Positions 1 through 10,070 are shown, numbered from the stretch's first letter. The stretch: 64,000 nucleotides of DNA from Phenylobacterium sp. (GCF_030646615.1 NZ_JAUSLG010000023.1:17985-81984); one strand, 5' to 3'. The notes: generated by a model not told the origin, from the sequence alone. Made by a program: numbers and translations.

Positions 1-533
1 TCCTGCAGGCCGTCGTCGTCATAGCCGGCGCTGACATCGAAGCCGGCCGTGTGGCTCATCAACTCGCGCATGGTCATGGGATGGGCCTGGGGCTCGGTTC
101 CGCCGTCCGCCGTGGCCACCTGCAGGTCCGCGAATTCCGGGATGTGCCTGGCGACCGGATCGTCCAGGCTCCACCGGCCCTCTTCCCAGAGGATCATCAT
201 GGCCACGCCGGTGATCGGCTTGGTCATTGACGCGATGCGATAGATGGTGTCGCGGTCGGTCGCCTGACCCGTGGCCACGTCCTGGACGCCATAGGCTTCG
301 AAGTGGACAACCTTGCCCTGGCGGGCCAGCAGGGTGACGGCGCCGGCCAGCTTCTTCTGGTCGACCAGGGCCTGCATTTCGCGCTTCAGCGCCTCGACGC
401 CCGAGGCCGTGAAGCCGGCCTCCGCGGGGGCGGCCATGGGGACGTCGGCGGCGAGGACCGGGCCGGTGATGAGGACCGCCAGGGTCAGGGCCGAAGCCGC
501 CGCGGCCAGCCGGCGCGCAGGATGAAGTCGCAT
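1..533 (-). CDS. Serine hydrolase / beta-lactamase family protein. The N-terminus is at 533 and the C-terminus runs off the left edge.
   Basis: My reverse-strand translation from the ATG at 533-531 reads [32 protein letters not shown]... with a signal-peptide-like start. It contains the S-x-x-K motif (IASMTKPITG) typical of class C beta-lactamase / esterase family proteins. The ORF is not in the track because it is open at the window edge. The track ORF 19..657 is an overlapping shadow frame. Confidence 0.7.
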   Translation of the reverse strand, partial: MRLHPARRLAAAASALTLAVLITGPVLAADVPMAAPAEAGFTASGVEALKREMQALVDQKKLAGAVTLLARQGKVVHFEAYGVQDVATGQATDRDTIYRIASMTKPITGVAMMILWEEGRWSLDDPVARHIPEFADLQVATADGGTEPQAHPMTMRELMSHTAGFDVSAGYDDDGLQ

Positions 534-617
534 AGTGCCTCCCTAAGATGCTTTTCTTGTTGGGAGCACTCTTAGGGCGCCGCCGTACTGCGGACCAGAT
601 GTGGCGCGCGTCTCGCG

Positions 618-1115
618 TCAGGCGGGCACGAACTTCAGCGCCACCCCATTGTTGCAATAGCGTAGGCCGGTAGGGCGCGGGCCGTCCTTGAACACATGGC
701 CCTGGTGGCCGAGGCAGCGAGCGCAGTGGTACTCGGTGCGAGGCATGCCGATCTTGAAGTCGGTCTTCTCGCCCAGGGCGCCGTCGATATAGGTGTGGAA
801 GCTCGGCCAGCCGGTGCCGCTGTCATACTTCCAGTCCGACTTGAACAACGGCAGTTCGCACCCGGCGCAGACGAAGGTCCCCTTGCGCTTTTCGCGGTCC
901 AGAGGGCTGGAGCCGGCCCGCTCTGTGCCTTCGCGACGCAGGACCTGATAGGCGGCCGGCGACAGGCGGCTCTTCCACTGGGCGTCGGTCAGCTTGCGCC
1001 AGGAGGAATTGGCATGGGCGTCGGCGGCCTGGGCCTGCGATCCGCCGCTGCAGGCGGCCAGCGCGCTGGCGCCCAGCAGGAAGCCCCGACGATGAAAGGC
1101 GTGCATGAGGTTCAT
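618..1115 (-). CDS. msrB: Peptide-methionine (R)-S-oxide reductase MsrB, with a Tat/Sec-type signal peptide
   Basis: The 165-aa ORF carries the SelR/MsrB hallmarks CAGCELPLF...GTGWPSF...HCARCLGHQGHVFKDGP...RYCNNG. The N-terminal HRRGFLLGASALAA looks like a twin-arginine signal. Confidence 0.9.
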   Translation of the reverse strand: MNLMHAFHRRGFLLGASALAACSGGSQAQAADAHANSSWRKLTDAQWKSRLSPAAYQVLRREGTERAGSSPLDREKRKGTFVCAGCELPLFKSDWKYDSGTGWPSFHTYIDGALGEKTDFKIGMPRTEYHCARCLGHQGHVFKDGPRPTGLRYCNNGVALKFVPA

Positions 1116-1161
1116 GCCTCATCATACGTGGGAAATCGGGCCCTGGATGAGGCCGCGATGA

Positions 1162-2748
1162 TTAGGCGGAGACGACCGCCTGGATCCCGCTCAACAGGGT
1201 GGCCGCCGTGATCGGCTTGGCCACATGGATGTCCGCGCCAGCCGCCAAAGCCTCGTTCTGGTGCTCCACCATGGCGTTGGCGCTCAGCATGACGATAGGC
1301 GTCGGCGCCGACCCCCGCTCGACCTCCAGGGCCCGGATGGCGCGGGTCGCGGCCAGGCCGTCCATGTGCGGCATCTGCATGTCCATCAGGACGACATCGA
1401 AGGCGCCCGAGGCGAAGGCCGACACCGCCTGAAGACCATCCTCGACGGTCAACAGCTCCACGGCCTGGCTGGCCAGGATCAACTGGACCACCCGCTGGTT
1501 GGTGGGGTGATCCTCGGCCAGCAGCACCCGCAGCGGCCGCGCACAGGTTGGCCCCGAATCCGCCGGCCTCGGGCGCGCGCCCTCGCCTTCCGGCAGAGCC
1601 TCGGCCCGCGGCAGGGGAAGGGAGACCATGAAGCGGCTTCCCTGCCCCGGTTGCGACATCGCCGAGATCTCTCCGCCCATCAGGTCGGTGAGGGCGCGGC
1701 AGATCGAAAGACCCAGGCCCGTGCCGCCAAACCGACGGCTGATCGTGGCGTCGGCCTGGCTGAAGCGGTCAAAGAGCCGCGCCGCCTGGTCGGCGTCGAA
1801 GCCGACCCCGGTGTCCTCGACCTCGAAGGTCACGCAATCGCCATTCGGCGTCTCGATCCGCCCGATCCGCAGGGTGACCTGGCCTTGCTCCGTGAACTTC
1901 ACCGCATTGGACAGTAGATTGTTGACGATCTGGCCGATGCGCGTCGCGTCGCCGAGAAAACGTCCCTTGGCGACCGCGTCGTGTTCGACCTTCAGAGTAA
2001 GGCCCTTGTCATCCACCCGGTGGCGGGTGACCTCGATATAGGGGCGCAGGGCCTCGTCCAGGTCGAAAGGCTGGGGCTCCAACTCGAGCTGGCCCGCCTC
2101 GATCTTGGAGACGATCAGGAAGTCCGACACCAGCCGCTCAAGGATCACCCCGGAATCCCGGACGAGGCCGACCATTTCGGCCTGCTCGGGGCTCAGGGGG
2201 GTCCGCGCCAGGGCGTCGATAATGCCGATCACACCATTGAGGGGCGTCCGCACCTCGTGGCTCATATTGGCGAGGAAATCGGTCTTGGCCCGGCTGGCCG
2301 CCTCAGCCGCCGCCTTGGCCTCGCGCAGTTCGCGCTCGGCGGCGACCCGCTCGGTCACGTCCCGGGCGACGCCATAGATGCGATCGCCGAACCGCTGGGC
2401 GCGCCATTCCAGGGTGCGATACCCGCCATTGCGGTGCCGATAGCGGTTGATGAACCCCAGGACGGGATCGCCGGGCCGGCGCAGCTCCACCTCGGTGACG
2501 CTGTTGTGGGTGCCGGGAAGGTCGTCAGGATGGACCAGGCGCAGCAGAGGCAGGCCTTCCATATCCTCGGGGTCGTGACCAAGGGTGGTCTGCCAGGAGC
2601 GGCTGGCCTTGAGCACACGCCCGTCGAGGTCGCGGATCACCAGCAGGTCGAGGGACACCTCGAAGAAGGTCCCCATATCGAGATCCCACCCATCCCGGCC
2701 CCGGGCCGGCGCGTCGCCCTGCGGATCGACGAATGACGCATGGGTCAT
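1162..2748 (-). CDS. Hybrid sensor histidine kinase / response regulator (PAS-HisKA-HATPase-REC)
   Basis: The 528-aa ORF has an H-box (FLANMSHEVRTPLNG), an N-box (LLSNAVKFT), G-boxes (DTGVGF, GGTGLGLSI) and a C-terminal receiver (VLLAEDHPTNQ...VLMDMQMPHMDG...KP). Confidence 0.87.
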   Translation of the reverse strand: MTHASFVDPQGDAPARGRDGWDLDMGTFFEVSLDLLVIRDLDGRVLKASRSWQTTLGHDPEDMEGLPLLRLVHPDDLPGTHNSVTEVELRRPGDPVLGFINRYRHRNGGYRTLEWRAQRFGDRIYGVARDVTERVAAERELREAKAAAEAASRAKTDFLANMSHEVRTPLNGVIGIIDALARTPLSPEQAEMVGLVRDSGVILERLVSDFLIVSKIEAGQLELEPQPFDLDEALRPYIEVTRHRVDDKGLTLKVEHDAVAKGRFLGDATRIGQIVNNLLSNAVKFTEQGQVTLRIGRIETPNGDCVTFEVEDTGVGFDADQAARLFDRFSQADATISRRFGGTGLGLSICRALTDLMGGEISAMSQPGQGSRFMVSLPLPRAEALPEGEGARPRPADSGPTCARPLRVLLAEDHPTNQRVVQLILASQAVELLTVEDGLQAVSAFASGAFDVVLMDMQMPHMDGLAATRAIRALEVERGSAPTPIVMLSANAMVEHQNEALAAGADIHVAKPITAATLLSGIQAVVSA

Positions 2749-2888
2749 GGGCGAGAGATCCTTATAAGCGTCGAACGACGACCCCGGCAGATTTAGGCGG
2801 GCGAAGTTAAGCTCTGATTGCGGGCGCGGGGAGAAGCGGCGGCGGGAGGGACAGAATCGACATCAGTCGCGCCGAATTCTGCATATCC

Positions 2889-3875
2889 CTAGGGGCGACT
2901 CAATCCTTCCCCCTCATCCAGGCCAAGCATCAGGTTCAGGTTCTGCACAGCGGCGCCGGAGGCGCCCTTCCCCAGATTGTCCAGCACCGCCAGCAGGCGG
3001 GCCTGGCCCTTGGCCTCGTCGCCGAACACGTAGAGCCGCAGGCCGTTCGTGCCGTTCAGCGCCTCTGGGTCCAGGGCCTCCACATAGCCGCCGGCGCCCG
3101 CCCGCGCCTGGCTGAGCTGGGCCGTCTCCAGGTCGGTCGCCACCTCGACGAAGGCCTCGCCGGCATAGGCTTCCGATAGGGCGGCGCGCAGATCCGCCGC
3201 CGCCGGACGCCCGGCCAGCGCCCACAGGGCCACGGGGACCTCGACGATCATCCCCTGGGCGTAGCGGCCCACCGCCGGCGAAAAGATCGGCGGATGAGCA
3301 AGACCCGTATAGGCGACCATCTCCGGCAGATGCTTGTGCGCCATGGTCAGACCATAGGGCCGGAAGGCGTCGGCCGATGACGGGGGCGGCCCCTGCTCGA
3401 ACTCTTCGATCAGCCCCTTGCCGCCGCCGGAATAGCCCGAAACCCCATGGACGCTGAGCGCGGCCTCGGCCGGGATCAGGCCCGCCCGCACCAGGGGCGC
3501 CACCAGGGCGATGAAACCGGTGGACCAGCAGCCGGGATTGGTCACCCGCTTGGAGGCGGCGATGGCGCCGCGATGGCTCGGCGCCAGTTCCGGAAAGCCG
3601 AACACCCAGCCCGGCGCCGTCCGGTGCGCCGTAGAGGGGTCGATCACCCGAACATCGGGGTTTTCGATCATCGCCACGGCCTCCCGCGCCCCCTCGTCGG
3701 GCAGGCAGAGAATCGCCACGTCAACGCTGTTGAGCAACTCGGCCCGGGCTGTGGGGTCCTTGCGCCGCGCCGGATCGATCGACACCACCTCCAGGTCGCG
3801 CCGGTCGGCGAGACGCTGGCGGATCTGCAGGCCCGTGGTGCCGGCCTCGCCGTCGATGAAGATCCTGTGGGCCAT
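2889..3875 (-). CDS. argC: N-acetyl-gamma-glutamyl-phosphate reductase
   Basis: The 328-aa ORF starts IFIDGEAGTTGLQIRQRL and has the active-site region NPGCWSTG. Its length is typical of the short (type 2) ArgC of alphaproteobacteria. Confidence 0.88.
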   Translation of the reverse strand: MAHRIFIDGEAGTTGLQIRQRLADRRDLEVVSIDPARRKDPTARAELLNSVDVAILCLPDEGAREAVAMIENPDVRVIDPSTAHRTAPGWVFGFPELAPSHRGAIAASKRVTNPGCWSTGFIALVAPLVRAGLIPAEAALSVHGVSGYSGGGKGLIEEFEQGPPPSSADAFRPYGLTMAHKHLPEMVAYTGLAHPPIFSPAVGRYAQGMIVEVPVALWALAGRPAAADLRAALSEAYAGEAFVEVATDLETAQLSQARAGAGGYVEALDPEALNGTNGLRLYVFGDEAKGQARLLAVLDNLGKGASGAAVQNLNLMLGLDEGEGLSRP

Positions 3876-3899
3876 GGTCGTCTCCCATAAACGATAAAC

Positions 3900-3949
3900 A
3901 AGAACTGGGGGCGATGAAGAAGAACTGGGACGATGGACAAGAAAAAGGG
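3900..3949. repeat. Phased direct repeats AAGAACTGGG (3900-3909, 3920-3929) plus a degenerate third copy AAGAAAAAGGG (about 3939-3949)
   Basis: Read directly in the argC upstream / rpsI downstream spacer. Two perfect 10-mers start exactly 20 nt apart, and a third related copy follows about 19-20 nt later, overlapping the rpsI terminator. Confidence 0.6.
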
Positions 3950-3974
3950 CGCTCCGGTCTCCCGAAGCGCCCCC
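3941..3974 (-). terminator. Rho-independent terminator of rplM-rpsI
   Basis: On the minus strand, GGGGCGCTTCGG-GAGA-CCGGAGCGCCC forms a stem of about 11 bp with one mismatch and a tetraloop. It is followed by TTTTTCTTGT and starts about 30 nt after the rpsI stop. Confidence 0.65.
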
Positions 3975-4001
3975 TTTCGCATACGCGGTGTTCGCGCGCG
4001 A

Positions 4002-4472
4002 TTAGCGCTTCGAGAACTGGAAGCTACGGCGGGCCTTGGCCTTGCCGTACTTCTTACGCTCAACAACGCGGGAGTCGCGGGTCAGGAAGCCGTGCGGCTT
4101 CAGCACCGGACGCAGGCCCGGCTCATAATAGGTCAGCGCCTTGGCGATGCCGTGGCGAACCGCGCCGGCCTGACCCGAAAGGCCAGAGCCCTTCACGGTC
4201 ACGATGACGTCGAACTGGCCCAGGCGGTCGGCGATCTCCAGCGGCTGGGCGAACAACATGCGCAGCACGGGTCCCGCAAACTAGACTTCCTCGGTGCGGC
4301 CGTTGATGGAGATCACGCCCATGCCGGGCTTGATCCACACGCGGGCCACGGCGTTCTTGCGCTTGCCGGTGGCGTAGGCGCGGCCGTACTGGTCGATGAC
4401 CGGTTCGCGCGGCGCGGATTCGGGGTTGGAAGAGAGGCTTTGCAGGGCCTCGAAACCTTGGGTCTCGGACAT
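4002..4472 (-). pseudogene. rpsI: 30S ribosomal protein S9 gene interrupted by a single in-frame TAG (forward cta at 4281-4283)
   Basis: Track ORFs 4281..4472 (…[28 protein letters not shown]) and 4002..4268 (…[11 protein letters not shown]…[19 protein letters not shown]…[22 protein letters not shown]) are in the same frame (4472-4268=204). The read-through translation is ...[20 protein letters not shown]. The stop sits where S9 proteins have the Tyr of the conserved YF motif (E. coli ...LEQYFGRE...). Confidence 0.85.
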
Positions 4473-4477
4473 GGGCC

Positions 4478-4951
4478 TCAGGCGCTCCGCACGTTCTTGG
4501 CGTTCATCTCGGCGAACGCGATGGTCTCGGGGTTCTGGGCGGCGTGCGGATGCTCAGCGCTCGTATAGATGCGCAGGTGAGTCATCTGCTTGCGGGCCAG
4601 GGGGCTTTCCTTGGGGAGCATGCGCTCCACGGCCTTTTCCAGGATGCGCTCGGGGAACTTGCCGCCGAGGATCTTGTCCGCGGTCCGTTCCTTGATGCCG
4701 CCCGGGTGGCCGGTGTGCCAGTAATAGACCTTGTCGGTCAGCTTCTTGCCGGTGAACTTCACCTTGTCGGCGTTGACGATGACGACGAAGTCGCCGCAAT
4801 CGACGTGCGGGGTGTAGTCGGGCCGATGCTTGCCGCGAAGACGCATGGCGATGAACGAGGCGAGGCGGCCGACCACGGCGTTCTCAGCATCGATCACGAT
4901 CCACTTCTTCTCGACCTCGGCGGGCTTCAAAGAAGCCGTGGTCTTCATCAT
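4478..4951 (-). CDS. rplM: 50S ribosomal protein L13
   Basis: [64 protein letters not shown]... is unmistakably L13. The start is trimmed from the 195-aa track ORF to the internal ATG pair at 4951/4948. The gene lies 5 nt upstream of rpsI. Confidence 0.93.
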   Translation of the reverse strand: MMKTTASLKPAEVEKKWIVIDAENAVVGRLASFIAMRLRGKHRPDYTPHVDCGDFVVIVNADKVKFTGKKLTDKVYYWHTGHPGGIKERTADKILGGKFPERILEKAVERMLPKESPLARKQMTHLRIYTSAEHPHAAQNPETIAFAEMNAKNVRSA

Positions 4952-5112
4952 GGGGACGATCCGTAAGTTGCGACGGCGGCAAGGCGCCGGCGACGTGAGG
5001 CGCGGCATGTACGGGTCGCACGCCACCTTGTCAACACGAATGGCCCGGAAAGCCTTATAAAACACGGCCTGCGGGCTGCTGGTATCATATTACCGCGAAA
5101 GACTGACGGCGG

Positions 5113-5763
5113 CTATCGCGCCTGCAAGCCCTGCTGCTCCAGCCGCCATTTGAACTGGTCGAAGCGGTCCTGACCAAAGAAGGGCTCGCCGTTGAAGGCG
5201 ATCATTGGCACCCCGTAGTGGCCGGCCTGGCGCTGCGCCGCCTGATTGGCCTCGACGACGGCGTCGAGGCGGGCCGATTCAGCGTCGACGGCGCTGGCCA
5301 GCTCTTCGGGATCGAGGCCGGCGCGTTCGGCGGCCCGGGCCAGGTGGTCGCCCTGGTGCCAGTTCTCCACCTCGCCGCTCCAGATCAACCGGCTGACCTC
5401 GGTCAGATAGGCCAGGCCCCGCCCCCGCTCGGCCGCGGCGACGCCCATCTGGGTCAGGCGATGGATGTGCGGCTGTTCCTTGGGATAGGTGCGCGTGGCC
5501 ATGTCCATCAAGACCGGGTCCGGGCGCGGCCAGGCGAACGGCAGGCCCAGGAAGGCCGCCTCCCGGTGAATGTCCGCGAGGAAATAGCTGAACCAGAGGG
5601 GGTCCCGGGTCTCGAAGAATTCCGGTGTGCGAACGGCCAGGGGATAGACCGGGCGGATGTTCCCCTTCACGTCGAAGGCCGCCTCCAGGGCCATCAGCCG
5701 CGGTGTGATCATGTAGGAATAGGGCGAGCGGAAGGACCAGTAGAGGTCGTAGGTCAGGGTCAT
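5113..5763 (-). CDS. DsbA-like thioredoxin-fold protein (2-hydroxychromene-2-carboxylate isomerase family)
   Basis: MTLTYDLYWSFRSPYSYM... and ...HYGVPMIAFNGEPFFGQDRFD match the HCCA-isomerase/DsbA-like pattern. The start at 5763 was chosen because AAGGGA lies about 5 nt upstream. ATGs at 5769 and 5784 are alternatives. Confidence 0.68.
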   Translation of the reverse strand: MTLTYDLYWSFRSPYSYMITPRLMALEAAFDVKGNIRPVYPLAVRTPEFFETRDPLWFSYFLADIHREAAFLGLPFAWPRPDPVLMDMATRTYPKEQPHIHRLTQMGVAAAERGRGLAYLTEVSRLIWSGEVENWHQGDHLARAAERAGLDPEELASAVDAESARLDAVVEANQAAQRQAGHYGVPMIAFNGEPFFGQDRFDQFKWRLEQQGLQAR

Positions 5764-5918
5764 AGGCATCCCTTTTGGCCGCAAAGCCGTCGCGGCCTTC
5801 GTTATTTTGGCATGATAACTGTCACTTCGTCTTCATCCAAGACCCCAGCGTTCGTCATCGCCTCGCCATGGCTTTGTCGTATGATGCGGCGACACAGATG
5901 CCTGATCACGGATTCCCC

Positions 5919-7343
5919 ATGCCCCTTCACCGTCGCGCCCTGCTAGGCGCCGCTGCGGCCGGCGCCGCCTTTTCGGGCTACGCGATGCGCGCCAAGGCTC
6001 AGACCGCGGCCGCCCAGGCTGCCGGCGAAACCTATCTCAACGAGGTCCATGGCTATGGCCCGCTGATCCCCGATCCCTACAAGATCCTCGATCTGCCCGA
6101 GGGCTTTTCCTACCGGGTGATCTCCCACGCCGGCCAGACGATGGATGACGGGTTTTTCGTCCCCTACAAGGCCGACGGCATGGCCGCCATTCCAGTCGGC
6201 GGCTCGAAGATCGCCCTGCTGCGCAATCATGAGCTCAATGCCCGGGACCTGAACTATGGCCCCACGGGGCCGGGCCGTAAGCTGATCGACAAGCTGAAGC
6301 CCGAGCAGGCCTACGATGTCGGCCCCGACGGCTACCCCCTGCCCGGCGGCGTCACCACCCTGATCTACGACCTGAAGAGCCAGCGGCTGGAGAGCCAGCA
6401 TCTCAGCCTGACCGGAACCCTGATCAACTGCGCGGGCGGGGCGACGCCCTGGGGCTCGTGGCTGTCCTGCGAAGAAACCACCCTCTCGGCCCAGGCGGGC
6501 CTCGGCAAGTCGCACGGCTGGGTCTTCGAGGTCCCGGCCACGGCCAAGGGACTGGTCGATCCCGTCCCGCTCACGGCCATGGGCCGTTTCCAGCATGAGG
6601 CCGCCGCCGTCGATCCCGGGACCGGGGTGATCTACGAGACCGAGGACTCCTTCGACTCCAAGGGCCTGTTCTACCGCTTCCTGCCCCATGACCGGCGCAA
6701 CCCGGCCAAGGGCGGGCGGCTGCAGGCCCTGGGCTTCCGCAACGCCCCCGAAGGCGGCGACGCCCGCAACATGAAGGGCTCGGAGCCCACCTGGCGGGTC
6801 GGCGAGAGCCGCGACTGCGTCTGGATCGATGTCGAGGGCTCGGACAATCCGCACGAGGATCTGCGCCTGCGCATGCAGGCGGCCGGGGCGGCCTTCATCG
6901 GCCGCGGCGAAGGCATCTTCTGGAGCCCGGAGGGGGTCTATTTCACCTGCACGTCCAGCGGCCCGGCCGGCCATGGTCAGGTGCTGCGCTACATCCCCAG
7001 CCCCCACGAAGGCCAGGCCGGCGAGGCCGACGCGCCCGGACGGCTGGAGCTGTTCGTCGAGCCGACCGATTCCCGGGTCATGGACTTCGCCGACAACCTG
7101 GCCATCTCGCCCTGGGGGCACATGTTCGCCTGCGAGGACCGCTATTCGGAGACCCTGCGCAACCACCTGAAGGGCATCACCCCCGATGGCCGGGTCTATA
7201 CGATCGCCCGCAACGTCTTCGAGGGGAACGCCGAACTGGCCGGCGCCTGCTTCTCGCCCGACGGGTCGACCTGCTTCGTCAACATCTACTGGCCGGGCCT
7301 GACCCTGGCGATCACCGGCCCCTGGAACAGCTTCCGGGTCTAG
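5919..7343 (+). CDS. Secreted PhoX-like / DUF839 family beta-propeller protein with a Tat signal
   Basis: [27 protein letters not shown] is a twin-arginine signal. [18 protein letters not shown] and the [10 protein letters not shown]... repeats resemble the PhoX/DUF839 family. The start is trimmed to 5919 so that it does not overlap the divergent gene, and it remains uncertain. Confidence 0.65.
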   Translation: MPLHRRALLGAAAAGAAFSGYAMRAKAQTAAAQAAGETYLNEVHGYGPLIPDPYKILDLPEGFSYRVISHAGQTMDDGFFVPYKADGMAAIPVGGSKIALLRNHELNARDLNYGPTGPGRKLIDKLKPEQAYDVGPDGYPLPGGVTTLIYDLKSQRLESQHLSLTGTLINCAGGATPWGSWLSCEETTLSAQAGLGKSHGWVFEVPATAKGLVDPVPLTAMGRFQHEAAAVDPGTGVIYETEDSFDSKGLFYRFLPHDRRNPAKGGRLQALGFRNAPEGGDARNMKGSEPTWRVGESRDCVWIDVEGSDNPHEDLRLRMQAAGAAFIGRGEGIFWSPEGVYFTCTSSGPAGHGQVLRYIPSPHEGQAGEADAPGRLELFVEPTDSRVMDFADNLAISPWGHMFACEDRYSETLRNHLKGITPDGRVYTIARNVFEGNAELAGACFSPDGSTCFVNIYWPGLTLAITGPWNSFRV

Positions 7344-8371
7344 ACCCGGCGGATCCGCCAGGCGAAGGCCGTCGCCAGCCCCAGGACCACGGCGGCCATC
7401 AGCTGATGCAACATGCCGAGCCACAGGGGCACGGCCAGGATCAGGGTGGCGATCCCCAGGACGGCCTGCAGCAGGGTGGCGTGGGTGGTGGCCATCATCA
7501 GCCGCTTGGCCGGCGGCGGCACATAGTTGGTCCGCCGGGCGCTGATCGCCATCCAGATGACGGCGAGGGTCAGGGCATAGCCGCCAAGCCGGTGGTGCAA
7601 CTGCACCGCGCCCTGGCTGTGGGCCAGGGTGCCCCATAGCCCGTCACCCGCATAGTCCCGGGGGAAGAGCGTGCCGTTCATCAGCGGCCAATCGTTATAG
7701 ACAAGGCCGGCGTCGTTTCCGGCCACCAGGGCCCCCAGCAGGATCTGCAGGAAGATCAGGCCCATCAGGCCCAGGGCGAGCGCGCTCCAGGGGCTGGGCA
7801 AGGGCTGCCGCGCCTCCCCACGCCAGGCGTCCAGGGCTGTCCATATGAGGGCGGCGAACAGGATGAAGGCCAGGCCCAGATGGACCATCAGGCGCTCGGG
7901 CGCCACCGAGACCCGATCGGCCAGTCCGCTGGCCACCATCCACCACCCGATCGCGCCCTGCAGGCCGCCCAGCGCCAGAAGGCCGACGCATCGCAGGATT
8001 AGGCGCTTGGGAATCTCCCGCCGGACCAGGAAGTAGACGAACGGCAGGGCGTAGACGAGGCCCACCAGCCGCCCGAGGAACCGGTGCGCCCACTCCCACC
8101 AATAGATGGTCTTGAACTCAGCCAGGGTCATGCCCCGGTTCACCAGCTGGTACTGGGGAATCTCCTGGTATTTGGCGAATTCGGCGTTCCAGTGCGCGTC
8201 GGACATCGGCGGCAGGGCGCCGGTGACGGGCTTCCATTCGGTGATGGAGAGGCCGGAGTCGGTCAGGCGAGTCGCCCCGCCAACCACCACCATCGCAAGG
8301 ACGAGGGCGGCCACGATGGAGAGCCAGAGGGCGACCGGCGTCGACCGGTCCGAGCGCAGGAACGAGGTCAT
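7340..8371 (-). CDS. ctaA: Heme A synthase (COX15/CtaA family)
   Basis: The 343-aa polytopic membrane ORF has [25 protein letters not shown]...[12 protein letters not shown]... and the second His-containing half (HHRLGGY), typical of COX15/CtaA. Confidence 0.85.
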   Translation of the reverse strand: MTSFLRSDRSTPVALWLSIVAALVLAMVVVGGATRLTDSGLSITEWKPVTGALPPMSDAHWNAEFAKYQEIPQYQLVNRGMTLAEFKTIYWWEWAHRFLGRLVGLVYALPFVYFLVRREIPKRLILRCVGLLALGGLQGAIGWWMVASGLADRVSVAPERLMVHLGLAFILFAALIWTALDAWRGEARQPLPSPWSALALGLMGLIFLQILLGALVAGNDAGLVYNDWPLMNGTLFPRDYAGDGLWGTLAHSQGAVQLHHRLGGYALTLAVIWMAISARRTNYVPPPAKRLMMATTHATLLQAVLGIATLILAVPLWLGMLHQLMAAVVLGLATAFAWRIRRV

Positions 8372-8538
8372 TACGGCGAGATCGCGCCTCTTTTGGGTTT
8401 AAGTTGGGCCATGGGCTAAAGCACGGGATCATTTCCGTCCATGCCTTGCCGCGCTTGCCTGCCGATTGGGAACTCCCCAAGCTTAACCGCATTCATCGGG
8501 GGCGGCGATTTCGGCCGCATTCTGGGAGGCAATCAACC

Positions 8539-8787
8539 ATGAGCGGCGTCGGAATTCTTACCGCGATCATCATCGGCATCTTCGCCGGCTGGATCGCCGA
8601 AAAGATCATGAAGCGAGACCACGGGCTCTTCACCAACCTGCTGGTGGGTCTGGTCGGCGCCCTGATCGGCGGCTTCATCGCCAACCTGATCGACTTCCCC
8701 TTCGATGGCTTTATCGGCAGCCTGATCGTCTCGACCATCGGCGCCGTCCTGCTTCTGGCTATTCTGGGCCTCATCCGCCGGAAGTGA
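8539..8787 (+). CDS. GlsB/YeaQ/YmgE family stress-response membrane protein
   Basis: MSGVGILTAIIIGIFAGWIAEKIM...LLVGLVGALIGGF is the transglycosylase-associated (YeaQ) signature. The ATG at 8539 is preceded by GGGAGG at 8524-8529. Confidence 0.8.
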   Translation: MSGVGILTAIIIGIFAGWIAEKIMKRDHGLFTNLLVGLVGALIGGFIANLIDFPFDGFIGSLIVSTIGAVLLLAILGLIRRK

Positions 8788-8855
8788 CACGCCCCCGGCG
8801 CGCGCCCTATAGGGAGGGGCGCGCCGGATCGGCGCGAGGTTCGAGGGGGCTTTCC

Positions 8856-9053
8856 ATGGGCGCGCGCCAACGCAAGCTGATCGGCATGTTCGCCATCCTC
8901 GCCTTCGTGGCCGCCTATGCCGTGGCCGCCGTCGCCATAGGCGAGCGCCTGCCCGACCACATCGCCATCCAGGCCCTGTTCTACGGAGTCGTCGGACTGG
9001 CCTGGGGCGTGCCGATCCTGCCGCTCATCTCGTGGATGAACCGCGGCCGCTGA
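8856..9053 (+). CDS. Small two-TM membrane protein (DUF2842-like)
   Basis: The 65-aa ORF MGARQRKLIGMFAILAFVAAYAVAAVAIGERLP...GLAWGVPILPLISWMNRG follows a pattern I associate with the DUF2842 family of alphaproteobacteria. The start is trimmed to the internal ATG. Confidence 0.55.
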   Translation: MGARQRKLIGMFAILAFVAAYAVAAVAIGERLPDHIAIQALFYGVVGLAWGVPILPLISWMNRGR

Positions 9054-9122
9054 GGCGAGGCCGCGCCGCAGGCGGCGAAAAATCTCAAGTGATGCTTGTT
9101 TCGACCCCGCCGTATCAGGCGA

Positions 9123-9199
<77 letters not shown>

Positions 9200-9258
9200 T
9201 CGCCAGCGGCGAGGTCGCGTCTTATAGGCGGGCGCCTGCGGCCCGGCAACCCGCAAAG

Positions 9259-9666
9259 TCAGGCCTGTTGGTCGCCGTCCCCAAGCAGTCGATCCAGCCG
9301 CGCCTTGGCCGCTTCGAGGTCTTGCAGAACGAGCGCCAGACGGTCGCGGATTTCAGAGTCCGCGAGGGTCTCATCGGGCGCCTCTCCGCCGAGATCGGCC
9401 CCCGATTCGGCCAGCAGCCGACGCAGGCCCTGGTCCTTGTGGAGCTTCTGGACGCCTTTGATCGTGTAGCCTTCATCGTGCAGCAGCCGCCGCACGCCCT
9501 GCAGGACGGCAATGTCCTGGGGCCGGTAGAACCGGCGCCCGCCAGCCCGCTTCATGGGGCGGATGAACGAGAACTTGGTCTCCCAGAACCGCAGCACGTG
9601 CTGGGGCACGTCCAGCTCCTCAGCCGCTTCCGAAATGGTCCGGAAGGCCTCGGGGCCCTTGGCCAC
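9259..9666 (-). CDS. MerR family transcriptional regulator (the conserved partner downstream of ihfA)
   Basis: [48 protein letters not shown] is a MerR-type HTH. Confidence 0.8.
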   Translation of the reverse strand: MAKGPEAFRTISEAAEELDVPQHVLRFWETKFSFIRPMKRAGGRRFYRPQDIAVLQGVRRLLHDEGYTIKGVQKLHKDQGLRRLLAESGADLGGEAPDETLADSEIRDRLALVLQDLEAAKARLDRLLGDGDQQA

Positions 9667-9669
9667 GGC

Positions 9670-9978
9670 CTAGTCTTCCTCTGCGAGCGCCTTGTCGACC
9701 CTCGCCTTCATCACCTGGGATGCGCGGAAGCCGATCACCCGGCGCGGCTCGATGGCCGCCGGCTCGCCGGTCTTGGGGTTGCGGCCCATGCGCGCGCGCT
9801 TGGCGCGGACCTGGAAGACGCCGAAGCCGGATAGCTTGACCTGTTCACCGGCCTCGAGGGCCTGGATCATCAGCTCCAGCGTGCGTTCGACGAGCGTAGC
9901 GCAGTCCTGCCGAGACAGTCCGACCTCGTCGTGCACCGCCTCGCAAAGATCAGCTCGCGTCAGAGTCGAGCCCTTCAT
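9670..9978 (-). CDS. ihfA: Integration host factor subunit alpha
   Basis: MKGSTLTRADLCEAVHDEVGLSRQDCATLVERTLELM...GFGVFQVRAKRARMGRNPKTGEPAAIEPRRV is the IHF/HU fold with the IHF-alpha pattern. The start is trimmed to the ATG at 9978. Confidence 0.9.
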   Translation of the reverse strand: MKGSTLTRADLCEAVHDEVGLSRQDCATLVERTLELMIQALEAGEQVKLSGFGVFQVRAKRARMGRNPKTGEPAAIEPRRVIGFRASQVMKARVDKALAEED

Positions 9979-10070
9979 GCGTACCCCGCCCCCGGACAAA
10001 TCAACTGGTCCCGTCATGCCGTGATTGTCGGGCAAGGTCAAAGGGTTCCGGTCCAGTTCTGCGCCCAGAC

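Noticed and set aside
19-657. A 212-aa minus-strand ORF at the left edge.
   Set aside because: It has an Arg/Pro/Gly-rich low-complexity composition typical of an off-frame shadow in high-GC DNA. The real gene is the beta-lactamase-family ORF in another minus frame (1..533), and msrB starts at 618.
5943-7637. A 564-aa minus-strand ORF spanning the PhoX-like gene and ctaA.
   Set aside because: It lies antisense to, or off-frame from, two well-supported genes. It is rich in Gly, Arg, Pro and Ala and has no recognisable motifs. It is a high-GC shadow ORF.
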